Below, one piece after another: positions 56,712 to 64,000 of a stretch of 64,000 bases of DNA. The DNA lies in contig DATNKD010000084.1 of NCBI GenBank assembly GCA_035603575.1, positions 2,116-66,115 on the forward strand, in the 5' to 3' direction. The notes under the pieces were generated by a model, which saw nothing but the letters and a program-made list of their open reading frames with translations, had not been told where the DNA came from and ran no database searches. This stretch comes from Chthoniobacterales bacterium (GTDB lineage Bacteria > Verrucomicrobiota > Verrucomicrobiia > Chthoniobacterales > UBA10450). The position numbers were made by a program, and so were the translations under genes. How positions within the stretch are numbered: position 1 is the stretch's first letter; each line of letters starts with the position of its first letter.

Positions 56712-57401
56712 ATGGACGCTGACAACTCTCGCCTCCACCTTTTTGCAGCGTCGCTTTCGATTTTGGTGCTCTTCAGCGCGTGCGATCGGATGGTGACGTC
56801 GCGGAACCCCCGATTGGTCAAAGAAGCGGATTGGAAGGCCGCGCAAGGCGATTATCTCTGGGCGATTAATCTCTACGAAGCCGCGCTCGACGGCACGCCG
56901 CAATCCGCGGAAGTGCATTTTAAGCTCGCCCTGCTTTATGACGACAAAATGAACGACCCGCTGCACGCGCTCCATCATTTCAAACGCTATCTGGTTCTCA
57001 ACCCAAACGGGTCGCACGCGGGTGACGTCAAAGATTTCATGAAACGCGATGAAGTTGCGCTCGGCACCAGTTTGTCCGGCGACTCGGTTGTAACCCGGGC
57101 CGAAGCCGCCCGCTTGCGGAATGAAAATCTAAAGTTGCACAAGGAAATCGACGAAGGAACATCGCGGTCGCGCGCGGCCGTGCAGAAATCGCCATCGCAT
57201 CATGGCGACAAGGAAAAAGCGGAGTTGAAGAAGACCACCTACGTCGTGAAAGAAGGCGACACCCTGGCTTCCATTTCACGCAAGTTTTACAAAACATCGA
57301 AGCGCTGGAAAGAAATCCGCGACGCCAACGAAAAAAAGATCGACGATCCGGACAATTTGAAAGCGGGCCTGACCCTAACGATTCCGTTTAACGACCGATA
57401 A
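56712..57401 (+). CDS. Lipoprotein with TPR-like region and C-terminal LysM domain
   Basis: Lipobox LVLFSAC and LysM motif YVVKEGDTLASISRKFY...NLKAGLTLTIP. Confidence 0.75.
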   Translation: MDADNSRLHLFAASLSILVLFSACDRMVTSRNPRLVKEADWKAAQGDYLWAINLYEAALDGTPQSAEVHFKLALLYDDKMNDPLHALHHFKRYLVLNPNGSHAGDVKDFMKRDEVALGTSLSGDSVVTRAEAARLRNENLKLHKEIDEGTSRSRAAVQKSPSHHGDKEKAELKKTTYVVKEGDTLASISRKFYKTSKRWKEIRDANEKKIDDPDNLKAGLTLTIPFNDR

Positions 57402-57414
57402 AACCGAACCGACT

Positions 57415-57462
57415 CCTCACCCTAACCCTCTCCCCTTCACAAGGGAGAGGAGACAGGTGAGG
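57415..57462 (+). terminator. Compound GC-rich hairpin after the LysM gene (same family as 38887-38943)
   Basis: Outer arms CCTCACC/GGTGAGG and inner arms CCTCTCCCCTT/AAGGGAGAGG. Confidence 0.5.
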
Positions 57463-57487
57463 GGTTGTTATTAAACGTTATAAAAAC

Positions 57488-58405
57488 GTGCCGAGCAGAC
57501 TGATTACTCGAATCGCGCCCGACGTCGGCTGGCTTCCGGTGAGTTTTGCGAATGTTTATTTCATCGGACGTCCGGGCGGCAAATGGGTCCTGATTGACGC
57601 GGGATTGCCGGGATGGGCGGCGGAAGTTTTTTCGGCGGCCGAAGCACGATTCGGCGCCGGTTCGCGGCCGGAAGCAATTGTGTTGACGCATGGCCGCATC
57701 GATCACGCCGGTTCGGCGTTCGCGCTCGCTGAAATGTGGGACGTCTCGATTTACGCGCATCGCCTCGAGATTCCTTTCTTGACCGGCAAATCACCGTATC
57801 CGCCGGCGGATCCAACCGTTGGCGGCGCGCTCGCATTTCTTTCGCGGTTTTTTCCGCGGCTTTCGCGCGATCTGGGCGCGCGGTTGCGTGAGTTGCGAAC
57901 CCACAAGGTCCCAGGCGCACCAAATTGGGCATGGCTATTTACGCCCGGCCATTCTCCGGGTCACGTTTCATTCTTTCGTGATTCGGACCGTGTTCTTTTG
58001 GCTGGCGACGCTTTTGCCACGGTCAACATGGATTCGTGGAGCGGATTACTGACCGGACGGCGCCAGCTCTCGCGCCCACCGACGCCATTCATAATTGATT
58101 GGAAGGCAGCAAGCGTGTCGGTCCGAGAGTTGGCAACTTTGCGACCAAACGTCGTTGGCTGCGGCCATGGTGTTCCAATTTCCGATTCCGATTTAGCGGA
58201 ACGTCTCCAACAGTTCGCGCAACACTTTCGTGCTCCGCGGCGCGGCCGTTATGTGCGGCAACCGGCGAAGACAGACGAAAAAGGAATTGTCGATCTTCCG
58301 CCAGCGCCGTTCGATCCGGTCCCGTTTGCGACTGCGGCGGCGCTGTTCTGTGTCGGGTTCGCGCTCGGTGCGGGTTATCTCGACGAAAAGCGCCGGCGAG
58401 AATGA
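57488..58405 (+). CDS. MBL-fold metallo-hydrolase (variant metal motif)
   Basis: LTHGRIDHAG sits where HxHxDH is expected. Later TPGHSPGH and GCGHG. Confidence 0.75.
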   Translation: MPSRLITRIAPDVGWLPVSFANVYFIGRPGGKWVLIDAGLPGWAAEVFSAAEARFGAGSRPEAIVLTHGRIDHAGSAFALAEMWDVSIYAHRLEIPFLTGKSPYPPADPTVGGALAFLSRFFPRLSRDLGARLRELRTHKVPGAPNWAWLFTPGHSPGHVSFFRDSDRVLLAGDAFATVNMDSWSGLLTGRRQLSRPPTPFIIDWKAASVSVRELATLRPNVVGCGHGVPISDSDLAERLQQFAQHFRAPRRGRYVRQPAKTDEKGIVDLPPAPFDPVPFATAAALFCVGFALGAGYLDEKRRRE

Positions 58406-59224
58406 TTAGAATTTCGCGCCGCTCGGAATGATCGTCGGCTGCGGCGGCGGCTTCGGTGGTCGCGCATTGATACTTTGATCGATGATGTCCTGGCTAGTTG
58501 GATCGATCAGTCCGCCGCTCGGCGGCGAAGTTTGCTGGTCCTCAATGTCAGCCAGAATCAAGTCCAGTTCCGGCAGCGGGTTCTTGAAGCCCTTGACCAA
58601 TTTGCCGTTTAATAATTTCGAGATGTCGACGTTGAGAACTTGCGGGCAATGCGTCGGATGCGGCGGGAACACAACCATCTGTCCCGTGTGCAAATCGCAG
58701 GGATCTCCGGGAATTCCATTAATTTTTAGCCAACCCTTGCCATGAAGAATGATGAATTTATTCCACGCGTTCGAATGCCGTTCGAAAATCGCGGTGAAAC
58801 CGCTCACCGCGCAGGTCGCGACCGCCGTCGTAATTTTAACGGTTCCTGTTTCTTTCGGGGCCGACATTAAAATCGCGCCGCTGCCGAGGTCGTAAGTACG
58901 CGCGGCTCCGCCAAAGCTGAAAACCGTATTCGCGCCGAGCCGGGTGAGCGTTTGGTCGGTAAACGTTAATTCCGCGCGTGAATCGGTACCGGTGCGAACG
59001 GCCGTTCCTTCGTGGACGGTATCGTTCACGGCGGCGGGATGCGCTGCGGTCTGCGCGCCCAGCAGGCGCACATCATGGATGACTTCCGTCACGCGAGCTT
59101 GCTTTTGCTCGGTCGCAGAAAGGAGTGCGGCAATGCCGACAGCAGTGCCGATTAAAGTTATGGCAGCGACAAGGTTTGAATTTGGGAAGTGAGTTTTCAT
59201 CAGAGTGATTATCGATCTTATCAT
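58406..59224 (-). CDS. FecR-domain secreted protein
   Basis: Signal peptide, then ARVTEV..DVRLL...VHEGTAVRTGTDSRAELTFTDQTLTRLGANTVFSF (FecR-like beta sandwich). Confidence 0.7.
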   Translation of the reverse strand: MIRSIITLMKTHFPNSNLVAAITLIGTAVGIAALLSATEQKQARVTEVIHDVRLLGAQTAAHPAAVNDTVHEGTAVRTGTDSRAELTFTDQTLTRLGANTVFSFGGAARTYDLGSGAILMSAPKETGTVKITTAVATCAVSGFTAIFERHSNAWNKFIILHGKGWLKINGIPGDPCDLHTGQMVVFPPHPTHCPQVLNVDISKLLNGKLVKGFKNPLPELDLILADIEDQQTSPPSGGLIDPTSQDIIDQSINARPPKPPPQPTIIPSGAKF

Positions 59225-59763
59225 GGCCCTTGACCCGGGTCACCGAGCGGTGGGGCATTGGCCAATGGTTGCGGATTCTTTGCGCCAACGCTGCCGAAAG
59301 TTCCACTGCTGGCCGGTGCGCCGGTTCCTCCAAAACCGAAATAGTTTGGATTATTCGTGAAAACATCCGCCTGTTGAGCCGAATTGATCGTGACGACGCC
59401 GCCCGCGGCTTTCGGCACGCGCAAGAGCATCGCGCCGCTGGCCAGATCGAGATTGCGGGTTCCTTCGTCGAAACTGAAAATTGTGCTTGCGCTGAGCCGC
59501 GCCAGAACCTGGTCGGCAAAGGTGAGCTCCGTGCGTGAATCCATCCCTGTCTGCACGCTGCTGCCGTCGGGCACTTTATCGTTTACCGATGCGGAGTGCG
59601 GCGCAGTTTGCGCCGCATGCAATTGCACTTCATTGACTATTCGCGTGATGATCGCTCCGTTGGGGTGCGCCGCAATTGTCGATCTTGCCGCCGCAATCAA
59701 CGACAGCAGAACGACGCCCGTCCCCACGAGCCCCGGGCGCGTGCTTTTGATTGCCCTTTTCAT
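59221..59763 (-). CDS. FecR-domain secreted protein (shorter paralogue)
   Basis: ITRIVNEVQL...VPDGSSVQTGMDSRTELTFADQVLARLSASTIFSF parallels the downstream gene. Overlaps its start. Confidence 0.65.
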   Translation of the reverse strand: MKRAIKSTRPGLVGTGVVLLSLIAAARSTIAAHPNGAIITRIVNEVQLHAAQTAPHSASVNDKVPDGSSVQTGMDSRTELTFADQVLARLSASTIFSFDEGTRNLDLASGAMLLRVPKAAGGVVTINSAQQADVFTNNPNYFGFGGTGAPASSGTFGSVGAKNPQPLANAPPLGDPGQGP

Positions 59764-59769
59764 GTTGCC

Positions 59770-60735
59770 CTAAAATTTCGCTTGAAGCGCGACCGCGCCG
59801 CCGACGTTCGCGACGTTGTAATCGAACACGTCCTTGTTCGAATCGCTGTGCGCGAACGAGCTGATCGCGCTGATCGAGCACCAGTTCGTCAGGCGATAGG
59901 TGGCCGTGGCCGAAAGAATCTCGCTCACATCGGTCCGGCCGTTTTGGTGATAATCGCGCGCGACCACGCGCCCGACCGCGTTGATCGTGAACGCGCGGGT
60001 CAGGCTCACCGAGTAACCGACGTAACCTTCGTAGTCATTCCGACGCGGGCTCTGGTGGTCCGCGGCTACACTAATGTTCGCGTCCGCTCCGACCGAAAGC
60101 TGCTGCGCCCGGCTGAACCGGAATGGCAGCTCGGCATTAAAGATCAGCGCGTGATTCGAGAAAAATTCGTCCCCGAGCCGGTCATCAAAAGTCAGACGAT
60201 TAAAATCGTATTCGCCGCGGAGAATGAGATTGTGAAATTGGGGCAGGAAATAACTCAAGCCCGCTTCAACATCAAGGCTTCCGAAATCGAACGCGTGGTT
60301 ATCGCCGTAATAAAAAACTTGCTCCCGGGCACCGATGTTGCCGTAAAGCGTTTTTGTGATCCGCGGCTGGTAGTAAACCGCCGCCATCGGCGCCATGACC
60401 ACGTCGCTCATCTCACCGCGACGCGTCAGCGCGACGTTCGACGTGTAAAATATCGGGCACGCGAGCGACGCCGTGAACGGCTGATACTCGGTCGTCCGCT
60501 TGAGAACTTCCTGCTCTCCAATGTCGGCATCGTTTGGACTCGCCGCAGCATGTCCGTCTTCGACGCCTTCCGGAGTCGGCGACGTTCCGAACGGCGGCTG
60601 GGTCTGGCCCTGAAGCAGTGATGCACGATCGACATCTTGCGAAGTCGGCCCTTGGGCAAAACTTGGCTGCGCCAAGATCGACATTACCGCCGCGCAAACG
60701 AACGCGACTAGAATTTTAAAATGAATTTTTGCCAA
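59770..60735 (-). CDS. Putative outer-membrane beta-barrel protein
   Basis: A TTG start gives signal peptide (M)AKIHFKILVAFVCAAVMSILAQPSFAQG. The body has alternating beta-strand pattern and a C-terminal ...LQAKF. The upstream ORF-track extension was discarded. Confidence 0.55.
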   Translation of the reverse strand: MAKIHFKILVAFVCAAVMSILAQPSFAQGPTSQDVDRASLLQGQTQPPFGTSPTPEGVEDGHAAASPNDADIGEQEVLKRTTEYQPFTASLACPIFYTSNVALTRRGEMSDVVMAPMAAVYYQPRITKTLYGNIGAREQVFYYGDNHAFDFGSLDVEAGLSYFLPQFHNLILRGEYDFNRLTFDDRLGDEFFSNHALIFNAELPFRFSRAQQLSVGADANISVAADHQSPRRNDYEGYVGYSVSLTRAFTINAVGRVVARDYHQNGRTDVSEILSATATYRLTNWCSISAISSFAHSDSNKDVFDYNVANVGGAVALQAKF

Positions 60736-61276
60736 AACGAGCCGCGCCTCTCCGTGCGGCTTCCTGTTTTGCCCGCTCCGATTTCTCCCGTCAAGGAAGT
60801 TATTCACCCGCCCACGGCGCGTCGCAGGATATCCGGCTTCCAATCCAGCGGACTCTTCACCCCGATGCCCGGGCGGCTCAGAACGTGGGTATCCGTGCAA
60901 AAGCTAACGCTCACGCGGTTTTTACGCGCGTGGGTTTCGCGAGGTAGTTTCGCAATTGATTTTTTAATAATTTTCTGCCGCCGCCGCTCTTTAAATATTT
61001 TTCCCGGCCTAACGCATCTGCCTGTTCACGCGACGCGATACAGGCATTGTCTTGCTGAGTGCTTCAGCCCTTTCTGCGCTCGCGATGCTTTCGTTCCCCC
61101 TGGGTGCATCAAGCGGGCTACGACAGGCTGATGCCTACCATCACATATAACTGCGAGTCCATTTTTAGAACTCCTTGGATCGACAATGAGCGAGCCGCAT
61201 CTTAAACCCCGCCAGTACTGGAAGATTTGGTAAAATAAAAAGGTCGAATAGTAAGATAACTAATTTTAGAGCAATT

Positions 61277-61708
61277 ATGAAGAAGATGAATCCTAAGCCG
61301 ACTGGAGAAGAATCAGAGCCCAGACTGCCAACGGATCTTCGCAAAGCCCTCGCGGCTACGCCGATGGCGAAGGCTCAGTGGAGGGATCTCACGCCGATCG
61401 CGCGAAGGGACTTTATTAGTTGGATAGACTCAGCCAAACAACCGGAGACACGTAGACGCCGGATCGAGAAAGCCTGCTCGATGCTTGCGGCTGGAAAGCG
61501 ACGCCCCTGCTGTTATTCGATAGTGTCATTCAATCTTTACACAGCCCTCGCGGCTACCCCGATGGCGAAGGCTCAGTGGAGCGACCTCACGCCGATGGAG
61601 CGAAGGGACTTTATTAGTTGGATGGACTCAGCCAAACAACCGGAGACACATAGACGGCGGATCGAGAAAGCCTGCGTGATGCTTGCGGCCGGAAAGCGAC
61701 GCCCCTGA
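61277..61708 (+). CDS. YdeI/OmdA-family protein with internally duplicated domain
   Basis: Two copies of LAATPMAKAQW.DLTP..RRDFISW.DSAKQPET.RRRIEKAC.MLAAGKRRP. Confidence 0.7.
   Translation: MKKMNPKPTGEESEPRLPTDLRKALAATPMAKAQWRDLTPIARRDFISWIDSAKQPETRRRRIEKACSMLAAGKRRPCCYSIVSFNLYTALAATPMAKAQWSDLTPMERRDFISWMDSAKQPETHRRRIEKACVMLAAGKRRP
61346..61707 (+). repeat. Tandem duplication, two units of about 164 nt with 198-nt period and about 93% identity
   Basis: Unit 1 (61346-61509) against unit 2 (61544-61707) shows 11 mismatches by eye. The unit-1 copy of the stop context ccc-tga reads ccc-tgc. Confidence 0.85.
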
Positions 61709-62099
61709 TCTTTTCGGGATTTTGGATGTGGAAAGGCCATGTCCTTCGACGACTTATTTCGAAAAAGATCGGCCTAACACGACCCTGCAGCGAACCGCCC
61801 ACAAGCTCTGCGATTTACGGTTATGGAAAGTTTGAACCCCAACATTGTGTGTTAAACGCTCACCGCCCGGCGGTCGCTGAGCTTGAACGTTAGGCCGGTA
61901 CATGTGGCAACCAACAGCCACTAAATCGTGCTGTCTGAATGTTTGTTACCAAGCACAGCTTCTCGTTGACCAATTCGTCACTTAATTTCACTACGCTTCA
62001 ACACACGGGCCGCCCACATCCAGCGCTGTCCTTCGCCAACCTCGACATCCTCCAAGATTATCTGCGAAGCGAAGTTAGAAGCGCGACCGAACTCTGCTC

Positions 62100-62789
62100 T
62101 TACGGAAACAGATTGTATCGCACAATGGCGTAGATGGCGTGGAAGCCGTCTTTCCAATTCACTTTCTTGCCTTCGCTGTAAGTGCGGCCGTTGTAGGAAA
62201 TGCCGACCTCGTAGATGCGGCATCGGGCTTTGGCCAGCTTGGCGGTGACTTCCGGTTCAAATCCGAAACGATTTTCGCGAAGATCGAGACTCTTCACCAG
62301 CGGCGCGCGGAACACTTTGTAGCACGTTTCCAAATCGGTGAGGTTTAAGTTCGTAAACATGTTCGAGAGCAGCGTGAGAAATCTGTTGCCGACCATGTGC
62401 CAGAAATAGAGGACGCGATGGGGCCGGCCGCCCATGAACCGGGAACCGAAAACGGCGTCGGCTTTGCCGGAGAAAATCGGCTCGAGCAAAGTCGGATAAT
62501 CGCTCGGGTTATATTCGAGATCGGCGTCCTGGACCAGAATTACGTCGCCGGTGGCAGCGGCGATCCCGGCCCGTAGCGCCGCGCCTTTGCCGCAATTGCG
62601 CGGCTGATAAATAATCTGGTCGGCCATCGACGAAATTTTTTCCTTCAACACCTGTTGCGTTCCATCAGTTGAAGCGTCGTCGACGACGATGATCTCAATG
62701 TTCTCGACCGGCGCGGCGCGGACCGCGCTTACGACCTGCTCGATCGTGCCGCGCTCGTTAAAAACGGGAATGACGACAGAAACCTTCAT
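62100..62789 (-). CDS. Family 2 glycosyltransferase (polyprenol-phosphate mannose/glucose synthase-like)
   Basis: [29 protein letters not shown] and GSRF. Confidence 0.85.
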   Translation of the reverse strand: MKVSVVIPVFNERGTIEQVVSAVRAAPVENIEIIVVDDASTDGTQQVLKEKISSMADQIIYQPRNCGKGAALRAGIAAATGDVILVQDADLEYNPSDYPTLLEPIFSGKADAVFGSRFMGGRPHRVLYFWHMVGNRFLTLLSNMFTNLNLTDLETCYKVFRAPLVKSLDLRENRFGFEPEVTAKLAKARCRIYEVGISYNGRTYSEGKKVNWKDGFHAIYAIVRYNLFP

Positions 62790-62878
62790 TTTTGGCAGAG
62801 AGACTAGACAGGATTGGCCCGATTTTTACCAGACCCGAAGAAAGAAATCCTGTGAATCCTGTCTAAAACGAATTGAAG

Positions 62879-62951
<73 letters not shown>

Positions 62952-63052
62952 CAGTGCAGTTTTAGATTTTAGATTGCCGATTTCCGATTGCCACAAAAAC
63001 CAGCTCGCTGTCAGAAAAATGATTTCTGAAAAACTGCCAGTCCGGCTCGGAC

Positions 63053-63226
63053 TCAAGCCTGGGTATGGCGCGCGTAATGACGATCGACGCCTTTTGGCAA
63101 CAAACGTTTGCGGCCGCGCTGACGACGACGCGCGAGGGTGGCGCGTCCGCCTTTGGTCCGCATGCGCGCGCGAAAACCGTGCTGGCGCTTGCGCGTTCGT
63201 TTGGATGGCTGATAAGTGCGTTTCAT
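63053..63226 (-). CDS. rpmH: 50S ribosomal protein L34 (with about 11 aa C-terminal extension)
   Basis: Absent from the ORF track because it is under 60 aa. Hand translation: [57 protein letters not shown]. Confidence 0.85.
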   Translation of the reverse strand: MKRTYQPSKRTRKRQHGFRARMRTKGGRATLARRRQRGRKRLLPKGVDRHYARHTQA

Positions 63227-63314
63227 AAGGCCGAAAAATAACCCCGGCGCGAATTGAGAGCGGTTACATTAGGATGGGGGATGGCATTGTCAATTTAGTC
63301 GGGCGCAAGATGTC

Positions 63315-63338
63315 GATCCATTCGACTTCGCTCAGGAC
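63315..63338. repeat. Single degenerate copy of the GTC.TGAGCGAAG...GGATC unit (reverse orientation)
   Basis: GATCCATTCGACTTCGCTCAGGAC is preceded by GCAAGATGTCGATCC, a near-copy of the 10-mer. Confidence 0.45.
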
Positions 63339-63396
63339 AAGCCTTTCACTCGTGGGTTGCCAGCACGCGTAATTTCTGGAATAAGCAATACAAACG

Positions 63397-63885
63397 GTGA
63401 GCGAGAAAGTCGTCATTGAACCGGCTACCGAGGCTGATTTGGATGAGTTGTCCGAGATGCTCGGCGGTTTGTTCGCTCAGGAGGGCGACTTTCACCCGGA
63501 CAAAGAGAAACAACTGCGCGGTCTGCGTCTGATTTTCGAACAGCCGAGCCGTGGGCGCGTGTTCGTGCTTCGCCGGGATGGCGCGATCGTCGGCATGATC
63601 AATTTGCTTTTTACCATCAGCACGGCGGAGGGCGGCTTCGTGATCTTGTTGGAAGATCTGGTGATTCATAAACAATACCAGGCACACGGTTACGGTTCGA
63701 AGTTGCTCAACCACGCGATCGAGTTCGCGCGCCAGAAAAATTTTCTCCGGATCACGCTGTTGACCGACCGCCCGGAGAACCAGGCCCAGGAATTTTTCCG
63801 GCGTCACGGATTTCACGAATCATCGATGATCCCGATGCGGCTCTTGATCACGCCCGAGCAAGATCAGGCGCAATCGAATTTATAA
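63397..63885 (+). CDS. GNAT-family N-acetyltransferase
   Basis: VIHKQYQAHGYGSKLLNHAIEFAR (acetyl-CoA binding Q/RxxGxG/A) and FFRRHGF. GTG start. Confidence 0.8.
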   Translation: MSEKVVIEPATEADLDELSEMLGGLFAQEGDFHPDKEKQLRGLRLIFEQPSRGRVFVLRRDGAIVGMINLLFTISTAEGGFVILLEDLVIHKQYQAHGYGSKLLNHAIEFARQKNFLRITLLTDRPENQAQEFFRRHGFHESSMIPMRLLITPEQDQAQSNL

Positions 63886-63889
63886 GTCG

Positions 63890-64000
63890 CTAATTGCGTT
63901 TAGTCTGGGTGTTGATCCGGGTATCCAATTGCGGTATGAGCCATTGCTTGAATTCAGCGCGGAACTCCACTTCATCGACCGCTTTGGCGACTTCTTTGGC
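63890..64000 (-). CDS. 3' end of an unidentified gene (partial)
   Basis: The minus-strand frame is open from the window edge to TAG at 63890-63892 (...AKEVAKAVDEVEFRAEFKQWLIPQLDTRINTQTKRN). Confidence 0.35.
   Translation of the reverse strand, partial: AKEVAKAVDEVEFRAEFKQWLIPQLDTRINTQTKRN

Larger units (their letters stand above)
729..60683. repeat. Dispersed 10-mer AAGATCGACA / TGTCGATCTT, 35 exact copies (span of first to last copy)
   Basis: Copies as AAGATCGACA start at 729, 4485, 11046, 12130, 13312, 14142, 14973, 18783, 24601, 26171, 28890, 39300, 41171, 41443, 44812, 51562, 51973, 53252 and 60674. Copies as TGTCGATCTT start at 2624, 3334, 8357, 16104, 16572, 27034, 31693, 33713, 37858, 40206, 45090, 49541, 54452, 55191, 58288 and 59677. 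Positions were verified against ORF-track translations. Confidence 0.9.

Noticed and set aside
59596-60621. 341 aa plus-strand ORF
   Set aside because: It is antisense to the OMP/FecR operon and is extremely Arg-rich.
729-60683. The abundant 10-mer as a codon-usage or peptide artefact (V-D-L)
   Set aside because: It is read in five different frames, and 7 copies are non-coding. A rough estimate for T-GTC-GAT-CTT from tripeptide and codon frequencies is far below one copy per 64 kb.
729-60683. The abundant 10-mer as a Chi- or KOPS-like polar signal
   Set aside because: Orientation is 19:16 within this window, with no local polarity. This is tentative, because a replichore-scale analysis needs the whole genome.
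729-60683. The abundant 10-mer as the core of a transposable or REP element
   Set aside because: Most copies sit in-frame inside conserved housekeeping genes (clpC, fabI, ndh, panE, moeB). Flanks share only 2-4 nt beyond the core.
63227-63396. Replication origin/dnaA region expected next to rpmH
   Set aside because: The upstream gene is a GNAT acetyltransferase, and I saw no DnaA-box cluster (TTATCCACA-like) in the spacer.

Overview
This 64 kb window is densely packed, mostly housekeeping bacterial chromosome. It looks most like a soil Verrucomicrobiota genome. That call is inference only, from an Amuc_1100-type pilus cluster, a PEP-CTERM protein, TPR-fused polytopic membrane proteins, and BNR/Asp-box and FecR-like secreted proteins.

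Recognisable genes:
- **Proteolysis and RNA:** mcsA-mcsB-clpC, clpS, ybeY, rho, rnd, trmL, trpS.
- **Central and cofactor metabolism:** tal (5' partial), ilvE, coaE, nadE, fabI, panE, type II NADH dehydrogenase, moeB, a glcD-like oxidase, a CADD-type oxygenase, and a TreS-maltokinase fusion.
- **Envelope:** an mlaE-mlaF-mlaD-like lipid transport set followed by a PIN/TRAM membrane protein and an FkbM methyltransferase, UDP-glucuronate decarboxylase, and a GT2 glycosyltransferase.
- **Pilus-like cluster:** PilM/PilN fusion, Amuc_1100-like, Amuc_1099-like, and a secretin.
- **Regulation and recombination:** an ECF sigma/anti-sigma pair and a XerC/D recombinase.
- **Not in the ORF track:** tRNA-Lys(CTT), rpmI and rpmH.

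I saw no rRNA, CRISPR array, transposase, prophage or recognisable defence system.

The most unusual signal is a DNA word, not a gene. The 10-mer AAGATCGACA / TGTCGATCTT occurs 35 times exactly, about once per 1.8 kb, where chance predicts about 0.1 copies. Copies sit on both strands, inside 25 unrelated genes in five reading frames, and in spacers. This profile resembles DNA-uptake signal sequences, and the window also carries a type IV pilus-like secretin cluster.

Other observations:
- Several families of intergenic palindromic repeats.
- A 21-nt palindrome that brackets a winged-helix regulator gene.
- A recent in-frame tandem duplication in a YdeI/OmdA-like gene.
- A few unusual gene contexts.

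Hand-derived coordinates were cross-checked against ORF-track frames where possible; others may be off by 1-2 nt.
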